Source: Raillietiella orientalis
Lineage: Eukaryota
Assembly (NCBI GenBank): GCA_036172245.1
Contig: JAYWIR010000032.1
Location: forward strand, 1,922,001-1,986,000
Direction: 5' to 3'
Length of the DNA: 64,000 nucleotides
Numbering within the stretch: position 1 is the stretch's first letter; each line of letters opens with the position of its first letter. Positions 26,251 through 39,860 of the stretch are shown here, in pieces. The notes beneath the pieces were generated by a model that was not told the DNA's origin, did no database searches, and was given only the letters and a program-made list of their open reading frames with translations. A program made the position numbers and the translations under genes.

Positions 26251-29129
26251 TCAGTGACGATCCTCGACACAGCAAGTCGGACTCAGTGTCATGTCTGTAG
26301 GATGCCACTCGTCTTACGAGTGCAGCTGCTCCGGCAGACAACTGTCGTTGTCTGCCCTTAGGGAAGACAGTACAAACCACTCCGTCCATTCCTGCAGGAC
26401 GCCTCCGAACGAGCTTCAGAGAGAGGTTCACTGGGAACGAGAAGAACCTTGGTTTTCCAGCCCTGCAACAGCCACCCTGGAGCTCAGCACCCCCTTCATT
26501 GTTCCGCACCTACGAAGAAAGCAGGCTCAGTCACGTTTCTCCACATACGGCACCAACCCACATGATCCTCCGCATGGAAACCACTCCGTCGACGGCCCGC
26601 AGCATCGTCACACCCACAGCATCTCTCGAGACCCGCAGCATTGTGGCGAGAGGGCGCCCGGCAGAGCGCAGGTGAGCGCAGAAGAACCACTGAGTTAACC
26701 AGCTCCCCAAGGATATGCTAGTGCTGCATTCAACAGTGGCGCTCATATGGCGCCATTTCCACTGAACTCGTTGACGTTCGGATGACAGGAAGAAGAATCT
26801 CATAGGCGTGCCTCTTCTGCACTCCTTCGTTTTGTGATTTCTATGGACTTCCAAGGTGTCTCCCCAAATCACCATGATCTTGCCCGGCTGCTGGAGTCCC
26901 AGATCTTGAGGTCAAGAAGCGCTCTCGCCACTCGAATGACACATCAGAAAGTTGAATTCTGAAGAGATCAAGCTGCAGATTCGCAGTGGCCTTGAGATTC
27001 TTAGCTCAGTGCCTTCTGTGTTGGTTCCATAAATGGATTCGATTCGGACGTGACCCTCGGCCTTCAAATCGGCGCCCTAAATGAGCCACAAGTCTGAACG
27101 AGCCGATCTTTAGATGCATGTTTTATCTTTTTTCCAGCTGCCACTCGTAGCGTTCTCCTGCATGAGCTCCTTTAGGATCAAAGGATGATGTGCTGAAATT
27201 CAGACGTCAGGGCTACGATTAAAAGAACAAACGAGATCGTGAAGACGGATCGAGGCAAAAAGGATGTTCGTGAGAGAGATGCTTGAGGTTCGCGAGCTCA
27301 TAGCAGTGGCAACAAAGTCAGTGACTCTTCTGGACCGATGAGATTCCAGCTAAGTGTAGGGAGCAGTTTGCAAGATCGATTCGCATTTGTGAGCTGTAGA
27401 GGATGTCTGTGAGTGATGGACAGCGAGTTCACACTGATCTCTTCCATTCTGTCTTTTCCAGTAGCATGTCTTGAAGACCATTGAGCGAAGGACTAGAGGA
27501 ACAGGCAGTGAAGTTTTGTCTGCGCTTCTGTGAGGAATCCATACTCTGAGGTGAATTCCGGATACTTGAGACTGGTCGTCACAGATTACCTTCGTTTCAC
27601 TACCAGTCCTTCGTCGCAATTCTTGTGGTCTGTCTTCTCTCCTTCATAACTCATAACATAGTTTTTTTTCTGCTCTTATCTCTCCGCTACAGACTCCATC
27701 TTCGGTTCCACATTCTTCATTTCTGAAAGTCTTCATAAACTTCCTATATAGCTGGCCTCATTCCCATCTTTTTTTTTTTATTATTATTTTTTTTTTTTTA
27801 GCGATGCCTTCCACTCGTTGCAATCCACGCTCGTGCTTGGCGGTCTCGGGTAAAAGCTGCTTGGTGGTCTGGAACTAGCACTCCTTCAGGAAACTTCCCT
27901 CCCAAATTCAGGGAACGTTTTGAATTCAACATGAAAGAAACAACACCTCCTCACGCGACGACGCGCCTTCTTTCATCGGCGCAATCAACTTGAACTGCGG
28001 TTTATCCTGGTGACCTTAGCAAGGTCAACTGCTTAGTAATCACGGAACAGATCCCACGTCTAATGCGGATCACATGCTGACGTGTTTCTGGGACTTTTCA
28101 AGCGCGATTTCTCCGAAAGAGGGAAGGAAAACTTCAAACGAAGGCAAATTCATCGGTTCGAGAAGAAATCACGAGTTTGGAAACGAACCTCTTCCCTCAC
28201 CAGAATCTCACGAATGCCCTTTGAAATGGCGCTGATGACCTTCTCCAGTAACAGAAACGCTTCTCTTCTGGTAGAGCAACGTAATAAGCAAAGGAGGGAA
28301 CCATTCACCCATCACATGCGTAGACGTCAGTGAGCAGCAGCAAGTCTCCGACTAAACCCCCCGAATTCTCTATTCATATTCGAGAGCGGATCAGATACAG
28401 AACTTCCGAAAGTTTTCATGGGTACTGGATGCGAGCAAGCTCCACGCTCTCCCACCTCTCCATGAAGACTAGGAAATGAATGCCTAGACTTCACCAGGAC
28501 AGAAGGCTAAGGACGAAAATTCAATCCACATCTCCATTACGCCTCTTACGAGAAGCTCTCCCTTCCCTCTGCTTTCCGTAAGTCCATCTTTACGAGCGGG
28601 AAGCAATCGAAAACGATGCCCGCCTCGCGGAATCCTCGAGATTCGAAGACTATTGATTGCAGAGGTTTCATGTTGCACAGTCACGATACATCACCTCGCG
28701 ACTCGTCAACAGGATCGATTGAAGACGCCCACGAAGCTTAGCGTGCAGCAAAGAGTACAACAGGAGCACACGTGTGCACACACAACGAGGAACGAACTCT
28801 TCAAGGGTGGGGCTGGAAGGAGATTAGCTCGATCGCGGCAACAGCGTGCTCAACTCGACCGGCTATCATGCACACAACTGAGCGACCGCATGGGTGGATC
28901 TGGGCGTCAGCAAATTCGTTCTTCAAGGAGAAAAGAAACCAAGGATGAAACGTCGCTGGCGAAGAAGAAGAGAAACCGCGTGAAGGTAACGAACCGACTG
29001 ACCGAGCTGCAAGTGGAAAAGGAAGAGACAACGAAAACAAGCAGCACGAGACGGGACGACCGCAGAACCTGCGGACAAGCTCAAGGGAGCAGTACGCTTT
29101 CTTTATCCTGTGCCCTTCGACGATCCCCG

Positions 29130-30290
29130 CCGAGGTCTAGGAAGCATCTCTTCGGAACCAGTGCGAAGAAGAATCCATTCTTCTTCAGGCAGAAGATTCG
29201 AGGTAACCGCGAACTCGCCCGACGATCGTTGGATGTTCTTTCGGCTACACCAGAAGAACGAAAGCTGGGGAAACGAAACTTCCGTTGGATGTCTGGAATC
29301 GAAGTCAGAGTCGCACATCCAAATAACCTCTCCTCCCTGAGGAAATAAGAGATGGCGAGCAGCAAATGGGAATTCACTACCGGCAGTCAGAGAGTGAGAG
29401 AGTGGGGAATAGAGAGTCCAGGTTGGGGTAGAGCCCTTACTGAGGCACCTGTCAGAAAAAAAAAAAACATACCCAAAATCAACCTCTTGGGCATTCAAAT
29501 TTGGTCCAAGCAACACCGTCTGATGATCCTGTTGGGAGCTCGCTGGAGGTCGTTCCTCAGCGGCTAGCGACCCGGGATGCGTCCCTCACCGCATGTCCCA
29601 GCCATGCCAGATGGATGCCGCTGGCGCCGTACCGAGGCCAGCATCGTCCCCTCTCGACGAACGCATCTCTTTCTTTCGCCTCGTTTCCTCCGCTGCGGTC
29701 GCCGCGTTGCCCGCGCAGCCTCCAGACTTCCTCTCTGGAGCACCAGGTGCAGACAAATCCATTTCAACCGTTCTCCTCACGTATCTTCCCCGATCCTGAC
29801 CTACCAGGTGGTCGCTTCTCCCGTGGATGGGGTTCCCGCACGTAGGAATCGGGAAGACGGGAGTCGTAGTCCCTTGCCACGCAGGGCACCTGCCCCGCGG
29901 CTCCTTGAAGGGCGAGAAACCTGGACGTTTCCTCCCTCGAGCTCTCGCGAGGGCAGCCAGCATTTTTTTCTTTTTCGTGTTGTACGAGCCCGCGTTGTGC
30001 AGGACCAGCTGGATCAAGAAATGAGGAGTGGGATCTTTTCCACAGCCTCCGGCATCCTGGTTGCCCGAAGGTCCATCGCTTCTCCCACTCCGCTGCTGCT
30101 GCACGCCCTCTGCTCTGCATCGTCGCGGTGAAGACCTCTCCCAAGAAGAAGGCAATGTCTTTTCTGACCCACAGGACGTCCTCTCTGGAATCCGGATGTC
30201 TTAGGCGTACCTGCTGACTGCGTCGGCGCTTCCCAGCAGACGCACATCGCCTCTGGAGAGCGCTAAGGTATGTTCCTACTGCTCCATATT
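29130..30290 (+). mobile_element. L1/Tx1-clade LINE relic (endonuclease end and linker)
   Basis: LPLDVWNR, PSDDPV (SDH-like), GCRWRRTEASIV, LKGEKPGRF, EEGNVFSDPQDV. The part 29517-30290 is duplicated in inverted orientation at 58309-59082. Confidence 0.6.
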
Positions 30291-30292
30291 AA

Positions 30293-30805
30293 AGGACGTG
30301 TTCGCGTTCTTTTTTCAAACAGCCGAACTGACACTGTTCCACAAAATTGAAATTTACACAGTGGGTCCTAAGGGGCTGATTACCGCATTACGAGCGCTGT
30401 CAGCATTTTTGCCTCCAAGTCCGGACCACGGATGCCCTGAAGCATATGTTAGGCCAGGCGTTGTAGTCTAAGAGACTACTCACTCCTCCTGAACTACAAA
30501 ATGACCTTCGCCAGACACGCTCGCTCTGAAACACGGCAACGAGGCCACCACGTGGAGAGCAATGCCATCCACCTCCACATGGTCACATGACCTTCGCACG
30601 TATATTTACCACTGGCCTTCAACGCTTTCCCAGTTTCAATACGAGGTGTATTTCGAAAGGGTCGATCGGATAGAAAGAAAGAACAAACAGGAGAAATAAA
30701 AATGCATTCGTAATGCCAAACACGCACATGTCCTTTCTCTACGGGGTCACCATCTTCTTTGCAAACACCTCGTGTCCGCGCCAAAAAAGAACGCGAACAC
30801 GTGCT
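30293..30805. repeat. 23-bp inverted repeat pair, each flanked by TTAA (ends like a Kolobok- or piggyBac-type non-autonomous element)
   Basis: TTAA|AGGACGTGTTCGCGTTCTTTTTT (30293-30315) matches AAAAAAGAACGCGAACACGTGCT|TTAA (30783-30805) at 22 of 23 positions. Confidence 0.55.
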
Positions 30806-32892
30806 TTAATAGCTTAAATTCATTAAGACTGCATAATACAGAAGTATAATAAGACACATCTTTCAACAAGAAGAATTACAGAGATGAAACTAGGAAATTG
30901 TTCGAATGAATTCGGTGTCAAGAAAACCATAAAAGCTTTTTTAAACTTCAAGTCAAATGACAAATAAGCACTTATTTTTTTTGTATGTTGAATAGAAATA
31001 ATAGATGTTCATCTGCAATAGCGTTTAAGATACAAATACTGTCATGTTATCCATGTGTAAATCCGTAGGTCTCGTATAGCGCGGGGAAGGTATCCCACGC
31101 TTTATAAGGGAGCCCACCGGAAGCTGTCTCTCGAATGTATTGCACTATTTTGGCATAAGCCACGCTGTTCCTTACTGTTTTTGCATGTGATTCTGAGAGA
31201 GTGCGTTCAAAAATGTACAAATAGAAAAAGAATACGAAGTCTGTGAAGTATCGTTATCACTTGGGTGGTTGTGACCACCGGTCACCACAGGGGAAGTTCG
31301 AGGAAGCCTGCAGCTACGAAGAGTGCCGAACCGAGAGTCAAGTCAGTCAAAATCCGAGCCTTCTGTGGACTGAGATGATATGGGAAGAAGACCAGTCCTA
31401 ATCGCGGAGGTTGAGGTGGCTGATGTAGAAGAAAGACTTTTTTCAAAGATCGTGGACCTTGTAGACGATCGTGGAGTCCCGTAGTTGTGATTCCCGAGCT
31501 TTGGTAGGAGGATGGCATTGGAAGTAGCATTTTGTTTAGGGGGGGGGGGAGGGAGGTACAATAAGAATGCGATGTGGTGCGTTGGTACTTGAAAGAAGAT
31601 TCTTCTGCTCGGTGCAAACTGTGGAGGACGATTTATTCAGGTTGGGCAGATTCCATATGTGGTGGCAAGGTGCTTCAAGATTTCCACCGTCCGCATAGTG
31701 GTGGTCCGTGGAGTAGATTCTAAATGCGTGGCCATGGAATGCTCAAGTGCGTTCAACTCAGCGACCTATTGGTCCGGGCGTTGGTCGCGCCGATGGAGTC
31801 GAGAGGAAGAAACGCGGGAGCATTCGGCAGGAGTGTGGGGAGCCACGGATCGCTCCGCTGGGTCAGGCATTTCCAGATTGAACGCATTCGCGAGGGCTTC
31901 CCAGGATAGAAGCAGGCCAGATTCTTCACGTGAAGGCAATCAACAGGCACGCCTAAGACACCAGAACTTCCAGGACGCTCTAGCGGACACCGTTTTTCGA
32001 GGTCATTACCAGGATCTTCCAGGACTTTTGGGGGGTCTTTTTCATCTCTGTGAACCCTCACGTCACGGTTCCTCTGCGCCGGTCATCTCATCGCTAAAGG
32101 TAATGATGGTATAACCCAAATACTGTGGATGGAGCTTTCTTGAAAGCCTCCGCATGAAATTCCGCCGCCTTGGAGTCCAGCCAATTCAGCAGCGCTGCAG
32201 TTTTCAGCTCTTCACTTTCCCCCTCGAATCGTCGAGCCACTTCTGGAGGTGCAGGAAGACGTGAAGGAAGTCACTGGGCAGGACTGTAAGGTCGGTGATC
32301 GAAAAGTAGGAATTGAATTTCCGAATCGTCCGGAATGAGCGGACAGCATGCGTTGCCAAGGCGCGCGTGGTTGCTAAGGAGAAGAACAACACTTCCCGAT
32401 CTCAGCATCCCACGTCGTCGTTCTGCTGCCTAAAGGCACGCCTATTGGTTTCGCAGGGGACTCACAAGGTGACGGTGGTTCCTGGCTCTATAAAGTCCAC
32501 CAAAGGGTGTGCCCTTTTGCTCTCACACCCTGCTATCCACACATTCCAGATAATTCGGACATTCAAATGGGAACTTTTCGATCGCCCAGTCCTGACCTCT
32601 CCCCCAGTGACCACCGCGTCTTCTTCCACCTCAAGGAGTGGCTCAACGATTCAGAGGGGAAAGTGAGGAGTGGAAAACTTCAGCGCGGCTGAAATGGCTG
32701 AACTCTCAGGGGGCGGAATTTCATGTCGAGGCTTTCAAAAAAGTTCCATCCACGGTATCAAAAGTGTTTGCAAAAGAATGCTGACCCCGTAGAGAAAGGA
32801 CATGTGAGTGTTTGGCATTACAGATGCATTTTTGTTTCTCTTGTTTGTTCCTCCTTTCTATCCGATCGACCCTTTCGAACTGCACCTCCTCG
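30642..32892. mobile_element. Mariner-derived palindromic non-autonomous element (two inverted transposase 3' halves, TA-flanked), with a ~1.35-kb insertion in the left arm
   Basis: The plus arm 32480-32892 encodes FKWELFD..SPDLSPSDHRVFFHLKEWL..FHPRYQKCLQKNADPVEK (mariner YSPDLAPSD region and C-terminus) and ends CCTCG|TA. The minus arm is 32120-32390 plus 30642-30768, starting TA|CGAGG. Confidence 0.75.
31280..32117 (-). mobile_element. LINE RT relic (I/jockey-like); related copy at about 57950-58297
   Basis: IITFSDEM (YADD-like) and STSAIRTGLLPI (thumb-like). 31960-32117 matches 58140-58297 with the same right boundary (GGTATAACCC). Confidence 0.45.
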
Positions 32893-32899
32893 TACTAAA

Positions 32900-33840
32900 C
32901 ATGCTACGATGCTCCCAGTTCATCTTCGCCCTCAATGTAGGTCCTCCAGCCAGTGTCAGTGCAGTATCTGTCCGGTTTAGCATCCGTTTCGCCAGCATCT
33001 TTAAGTTGAAATGACGAGTACATCAGCTCTGCAGGAACGAGGCCTCTCTCCAAGGATGCTTTCATATGGAAACTCCGGAAACCCTCAGGCGATCGGAATA
33101 AAAGCACCAGAGTTCAAGGCCCTCATCGGAAAAGATCCGCGGAAGAAACCGTCGCCTGCTGAAAATCGACCCGAGTCAGGGGAATTACTGCAACACATGC
33201 AAAACGGGAATGCAGAACCGAGCAGAGCTCTTTGGAGACATTGCGTTTCCGCGCCAAGAGCATAAAACTCCGTCAAAGAACGTGTGTGAGCCCCACACGA
33301 CGAGGAGTCATGGGAGGCTCCATGCAGGACATACCTCTCAGAAGTTTGGCAGCGTCAGACACTCCAAATAGAAAGACTCGAACCCAACCAGAAGACCAGT
33401 TACCGGGTGCTGGACATGTATTGGATGTACCAAACCTGAATAAATCATTCGTGACCGTTTTACAGGCTGCATGCGTAGAATTCCACACGTGCGCAGGGAT
33501 CCCATGTGAGATCTTAGGGAGCAAATTGTAGAGGTTTCTGGAATCCTCGGTGTATTCTTTCAAGGGAAAATTGCGGCCACGGACCCGAAAGCAATGACTC
33601 GCTCAAGGTTCCAGAAGGCTCTCCGGATAGTTTATCACAGAGAGCAATAAGAAACCAGGCTTTCAGATCTCGATTGCTGCTGTTCCACCCCATAGAAACC
33701 CCTTAATCCCGAACCCATTAGCAACAGGAGCAATTTCCATGTTATCGTATCCAAAAGTGTCCGCTCTGCGATGCTGAATTTCCCATCCGTCTCCCCCTGC
33801 AAGGACGGTAGGGGGAACGATGAAGATCTTTCAGCCCGAA
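32900..33840 (-). mobile_element. Penelope-like retroelement relic (RT N-terminal part)
   Basis: RNLYNLLPKISHGIP (YxLPKIHK motif), VSDAAKLL, HTFFDGV (FDV-like). Confidence 0.6.
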
Positions 33841-35289
33841 TCAACGAATCTGTGAGTTTTTTTCATCACACGCTGCGAATCCGCAACCGAGCCCGCGAAG
33901 GCGCAACGGGCGCGCACAGAGCAGCGGCGGGAATGGACAAACGAGCGGAGGTCGCCACCACCCCAATAGGTCGGTTCGACAGCACTCGCCTGGCGGAACC
34001 GAGTCTTGAACACGTCGGAAGACCGAGCTGCTGCAGAGTAGGGGGAGGGTACGGAAGAAACCCCGTGCGTTTGGGAGGCAGGTCGGGAGGAGGACGAAGG
34101 AGGCCGGAGGTGCCGGAGGTTTCCAGCGAAACTCGGAGAGGTTCCATCTGACGGATACTGGTCCTCTGGTGAAGTCGCGTAACCGATAAAATAGACCGTT
34201 CCTCATTCTTCCGATTCATGATTTGCGCGTTCTCGTTCCGATCCCTTGGCTGCCCGAAAGGGAGCTCCCAGGATTCCTTCCCCGAAGAGCAAGGAGCTGC
34301 GTTTCTGCCTGCCAGGGCTAACGAACCAACTGCGAAAGGCCGGAAGCACACGTCGAAGGGCCTGTGGGGGATGCCGAACGCAAGACGCTCGCGTTGCTTG
34401 CGCGTGCTTCCCAAGGAAGTCGAATGGTGCGGCCTCTGTGGCAGCGGCCTCTGACAGAAGTCTCCCTGTGTCCCTGTGGGTCTTTAGGAGGCGGGGCGGG
34501 GAGGTGATCAGGCGGCAGGGAAGGCGGGCGCATCTGCCTGCTCGTGCTTCTTCAGGAAGCTCAGCTTAGGGTACGCCTTGTCGCAAAACTGGCACGCGTA
34601 GGGGACGCTTTCAGCCTCCACCCTGTTGGCACCCGCCGAGATCTCTGCGTCCACCTTGGACGAGCTGTTGGTCGTGTTACATAACGTCGGGAACAGCGAG
34701 TTATCCTTCAGGGCGTCCGACTACCATGGGGATGGATCCGTCCCGTAGGAATCTGCGGGAAGGAAGCATGACTGAAGTCCCTGGCTCAAGAAAGGCAAAC
34801 AGAGGAGGAAAGGAGAAGGAAAGGATGCCGGCAAAGCTGCCGCCGGCGGAGGGAGATAAAGGAGGTGCAGCAGACCGTCTCCTTCCGTCTGGGCTGTCCG
34901 AGGGGTTCCGCGCACCATTCGTTCACCGACTCACCCTCCGCTCCGCTATCTGGCTGTATCTTGACGATGACTTTCTCGAGCTTGGAGCGGTTCCCTTGAA
35001 GAGCATGTCCCCGGGGCACGGCCGAAGAGGAGGAAATAGAGCTGGAGGAGGAGACCAGCGCACAGCGTGCACGCGCGTGTACCGCACGCGAGTGAGCGAG
35101 AGAACGAGGACGGCACACGGGGCGTATGCATGTCGAAGTCGGTGCGGCCTGTGACAGAGGACTCGGAGGACTCCAGCTGTCACTAGCACTTCTTCCTTTG
35201 ACATGTTCAAAGCAGAGAACCCAAAGGGTTGATGAAAAAATCCTTTTGGCCTAGTGATAAAGAACCGTCCGCCTTCTTACGGAAGGATG

Positions 35290-35660
35290 GAGGGGTCACA
35301 AAGCTCTTCTGCACTGTCCACACCACCTGAGAGTTCGTGTTAACTCTTCAAGTTCCAGGGACCCCGCAGGGACCACCTTGTGAATCCAGGAAGGCTCCGG
35401 AGGAAGGAGTCTGTTCCTCTTATTCTTTGTAGGAAACCCGAAGGGACGCTTCCCGATTTCCTTGAAGGGCACTCCCCGAAGGGAGTACCCCTCTTCTTGT
35501 ACTCTGGAGTGACAACCTCTGAAGGAGGGTATCATTCAGCTCCATGAATCGCGATGGAGGTTCCATCTGCACAACCGGAAGAGAACCCCGAAGGGAACCG
35601 TGACTCTTTGATTCCTGGAAGGGCCACAGACGGACAGCTTTCCATCCCGGAAAATTCTTC
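35290..35660 (-). mobile_element. Family A body fragment
   Basis: CAGGGACCACCTTGTGAATC..GAAGGGACGCTTCCCGATTTCC is shared with 24880-24990. Confidence 0.65.
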
Positions 35661-35799
35661 TTGCAGGAACAAGCCGTGGTGTGGAACGCTTTCGCGGTCC
35701 CTCTCCTTCGCTCCCTACTTTTTGTTTGTCCCGTTCCACCCCAAATAAAGACTAGGACAAAGGGCCTCCTGATGAAAGTCCTCTGAGGCACATGGAGAT

Positions 35800-37150
35800 C
35801 GCGTGTCCGACTTAAAGACTTGTGAGCTACACACAGGGATCAAGACAAGATCTTCTGACGCTGGAGCGCATGGACCGACAGCTCTGCATTCGCAAACTAG
35901 CCCTTGCTGAGAGATTATGGACAACGCCATGGTGCGTTCCCACACGCCTCCTCGCCAGTTGAGCGACCGGCTGCTACGAATTGACTTCGATCCTTGTGGC
36001 CAACGACCGCAGTCTGAACCATTGTGGGTTTCAGCTGCAAGACTTAGTTGTCCTGATGAGGGAGAACACGTGGATCTCCTGCGTTCACACGAACTGGACT
36101 ACCTGTCTTCAGGAGTCAGTTGCCGCGTGGGCAGATCAACGGCTCTAGCGATTTGAACTTCTTAAGCCTCCGTAGAGGCAAGCACTCTGGACAGCCCCTG
36201 CAGAAGATCGTTTCCAGCACACGAAAACTTCTGTGGGCTTCATTTACCCCCCTTGCCCTAGTGCTTCCCTCCTTCAAGGACGCTAGGGACAGCCGGGAAG
36301 AGGCGTCATGGGAAGTGTCCTGCCTCATCGGAGACAGGAAAAGACTCTTGAAGGCGTGGACAACTCGGGAGTCAGCGGACGCTGCAACCCCAAGTGTCCT
36401 GCCTAAAGGGCTTGCGCGCTGGGGCGAGCTGCTCGGCATACCTACGAAGGGGGTGAAGTGGCCCCCAGCGCGTTGGGACAATGGCACTCTCCCTTTAGAT
36501 TGGCAGGAGACGACCTTGCTAGTGCTGCATTGGGGACTCCTTTGCAAAGCACGCCTCTCCCACTAGACATTAGGGAGTGTGGATGCCAATTGTGCAAGCT
36601 GCGGGGAAACGGAAACCTTCCCCCACCTCATCATCGAGTGTGTCTCCCTCCGCTCAATGTGGAATCAGCTGTCGTCGGTTCTGAACATGCCGGTGGCCAT
36701 TTTTCGTCACCACCTCATGCGGGACGCCCTGCCAGCAGCCGCGTGTGTAGCAGTTCTCTGCTGCATACGCGGAATCCTGGACCAGTGGACTGCATCGAGG
36801 AGAGGACACAACAGCCGGAACCCCCATTTACTGGATGGCCATCTCCATTGAGAAGACTTCCCGGTGGCGCCGGCGGCGAACTTTAAGACTAGCACTTGTC
36901 CGCTTCCAAAACCGGATGCAGCGCACCACTCGCGCCGAACTATGATCCCTTCCCTGCCCTCCCGTCCCCGGAAAACATTGCCCTCCCCTTGTGTTTTTGT
37001 TTTTTCTGTAGTTTTCCCTCCCCCTTCGCCAGCGAAGAGGACTTCATTGGCATGCAGGTCGGTAACGTCAAGTGTCCCGAGGCAGGCAGAACCACTTTTT
37101 CTGCCTGAATGAACCTCAAGACTTTATTATAAAATTTTATTTTGTTAAAA
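35800..37150 (+). mobile_element. L1/Tx1-clade LINE relic, post-RT region to 3' end
   Basis: LWVSAARLSCPDEGEHVDL, LPKGLARWGELLGIP..KWPPARW..WQETTLLVLHWGLLCKARL, CASCGETETFPHLIIECVSLRSMW (C-terminal CxxC..H..C zinc finger). Confidence 0.8.
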
Positions 37151-37169
37151 TTTTAATAATAATTGTCCC

Positions 37170-37700
37170 AGCATATCCGGGTGAAAAACCTGCTTGTGGA
37201 CTGTGTTGCCCACCGGCCCCTGTGGTCACTTTACGCAACGGCCCTTGGTGCACCGACGGACGATCCCAGGGACGTGATGAAGCGCCTCTTCGTGCACGAC
37301 ACCCTTTCTCCTGCCGCATCCCCGGCAGCTCTTTGCTGCTGCCGACGCGGGATTGCAGAGTCCTGGAGCTACGCGAGAGGACGACGGCACGATAGACGGC
37401 GCGCCATCTGCTTCGCCCTACACTTCATGAGGACGGAGCCAGATATGAGCATACTCGGATGGAACTTGCCGGCATCTTGGAAAGGATGCAGAGGACGCCA
37501 TCCAGCACCCTGTGATCCCTTCCCGAACCCTCCCAATTTTTTCTGTATATATATTTTTTGCTTTTATTTTTAATTCTGCTCGCCCCTGCCCCCTATGCTG
37601 TTGAGGCGAACCTCGCCGACCTGCGTGCCGGTTAGTCGGCAGGTTCCGAACTCTTTCGGACGATGTAGGGCCGATTACCCTACACCTGTATGTTTACTAT
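37170..37700 (+). mobile_element. Second, tandem L1/Tx1 3' end relic
   Basis: NLLVDCVAHRPLWSLYATALG..LCCCRRGIAESW plus the shared 3' UTR. Confidence 0.7.
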
Positions 37701-38199
37701 TTTTACAATGAATGCCCCCCGGCGTTACCTAGTGTTAGAAGTGGTTTTACTTCTTTTCTCATCCGACCAAGCCGTGGGCGTTTAGCTTTTTGGAAATGAA
37801 CTCGCGAAAATCTGGGGGATGAGTTACCAAGGGAAGAAAACGAAAAGAACCAAGCGAAAGTGCGCTGGGAAGGTTCGCCGACCAGCAGGCCGGTCACGCA
37901 GGGAGTCCGGAACGAAAGGGAAGGAATAGTAAATAAATGAAAACAAAAGAAAAAAGATAGGCAGGAAAGAAACGGTAGAGTCCACTCTATCCCTGCGGTC
38001 TTCCCGGAACGAGGTCGAACTCCCTGGCGAATTCGTGCATCACTTGGTGCAAGAGGTACCACCTCGATGAAGTCCTCGGCAAGGAGGGGCTGCTAGGCAG
38101 CAGGTGGCTTCCTGTTGCTGCGAGCGCGGCTTCGGGGGAAGGGGGAAGGTGGCATCCAAGATAGCCGCTCGCGCTGCTCAGAGCGTGCGAAGAAACACC

Positions 38200-38600
38200 G
38201 CAGCAGGTCGTCTTCTGAGTACGAGGTCAACTTCAAGTAAGCTTCAAGTCAGCGTCGGGTTCATGTCGGGCGCCTCAGCCTAGTAGCAGTGCACCTCCCC
38301 CCTCTTCTCCCCTCTGTATTGCATCTGGAACAGTTCGAGGATGCAGTTCCCACGGAAACGGGGTTCAGACGGTGGATGGTGGAAGCACCGATGCGTCCAG
38401 GGACCACCAGTTCTTTGGAGGGAGTTTCTCCCCAGCAGAGCTGTCCCTTGGCCGAAAACCGTGGAGTGGGAGCGTCCGCCAGCGCGCTCGTCCTCCGGCC
38501 CGTCTCGGTGGTCCGCGACTCGCGCAGTAGTGCATAAGATCGTAGCCACCCCGCCGGTTGGCTACGGTCGCTACTTGCCCTGAGGGAGGGCACGCAGAGC
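38200..38600 (-). mobile_element. LINE ORF1 (gag-like) relic
   Basis: Degenerate zinc knuckles RCFHHPPSEPRFRGNC and CSRCNTEGRRGGRC. Confidence 0.4.
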
Positions 38601-39459
38601 TGCAGTCGCAAAGGACGTGGTGGCCTCACTTCCCTTCTTGACCTCCCTCCCTCCCTCTCCGCCTTCTGTGGCTTCTCCGCGTCTATCTCCATCGCCGTGA
38701 CTTCCGAGCACTGCGGAAGCGCGAGCGTCCGTCAGCCGGTCACACCGGAAATGCAGGTCACTCCGGGGAAAGCCCTTCCGTGCGAGAAGTCACCCGTAAA
38801 GACTCTCTGAGGTGGGCGACCGCTCGTTTTCCCTTCCTTCTGACCTCGACCGGCTCTTTGGACCGACGACGCATTCTGCGGGCTCCGTAGTGGGATTCTC
38901 TCGCGCCTTCCGATTTCCGGAGCCTTCCTCACCACGGGGGCCGACCAGCGTCCCCAGGTCTCCGGATCCGTTTGTCTCCCCGAACGCGGGGGAGTGCAGG
39001 TTCTGGCTGAGCCGCACGCCTGTCGCCGACCTCAGCAAAGGGACGTACTCGTCTGGAAGGGACAGGTGGCGACAGGAACGGAGCCCTAAGGGCCCCAGGC
39101 TCATCGACGGATCCCAGTCGCAGCAGCCGAGGGCGAGAGAAGGGAGCGCGCCTTCCAGGAGCGACGGCGGCATCAAAGGAGCACCAGCAGATCGCGACGC
39201 CCCTCTGAGGGAACCAGAAAGACCAGAGGTCGTCGAAGCGGCGCCCTCGGAAGGCTGAGGCAATGAGCGGCCCGCATCGGCGGACCTTGTGAGTGGCTGC
39301 GGTCTCAGCGCGTGTGACATGTCAAGCGGCGCAGATTCGAATCCTTTCCGAGGAATGATCGGCTCTGAGAAACGGGTGGTCGAGGATCCCATAGCTTGAA
39401 GAGTCGAGTCAGGCGCAGCCTTTCGTGGCGTGGGCAGAGTTGGAGAGCTTCGGGATGCT

Positions 39460-39860
39460 TCCATGAATCAGAAAACCTTCCCTTAAGGATTTCCCTCCTG
39501 TTGTTGGAAGAGGATGCCTCCCCTCCCTCCTTGGACAGAACCTTCATCGCGTACCATGGGAGTGGTTGGTACCTTCCACAGTGCCCAGAGTGTCAAGAAG
39601 TGTGCGCTGCTCCTTCAGAGAAATTAGAAGGCGTTCCTTCTGGGTTCCCTACGAAGAGCAAGAGGAACAGACTCTTTCCTCAAGAACGTTCCTGGATCCA
39701 TAGGGTGGTCCCTACGGGTCACCCCCCAACTTGACGAGTTACACGCACCCTCGGATGGCGTGGACGGCGGCGAACAGTTTTGTCAACGCTCCCTGGGTAG
39801 GCATGCGGTTCTTCAGCACTTGGCGAACCAAAAAGAGAAAGCTGGAAGGCAGAGACGGCG
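39460..39860 (+). mobile_element. Family A body and tail fragment
   Basis: Highly similar in reverse to 55800-56200 (the GWYLPQCPECQ..HRVVPTGHP frame is shared). Confidence 0.7.
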
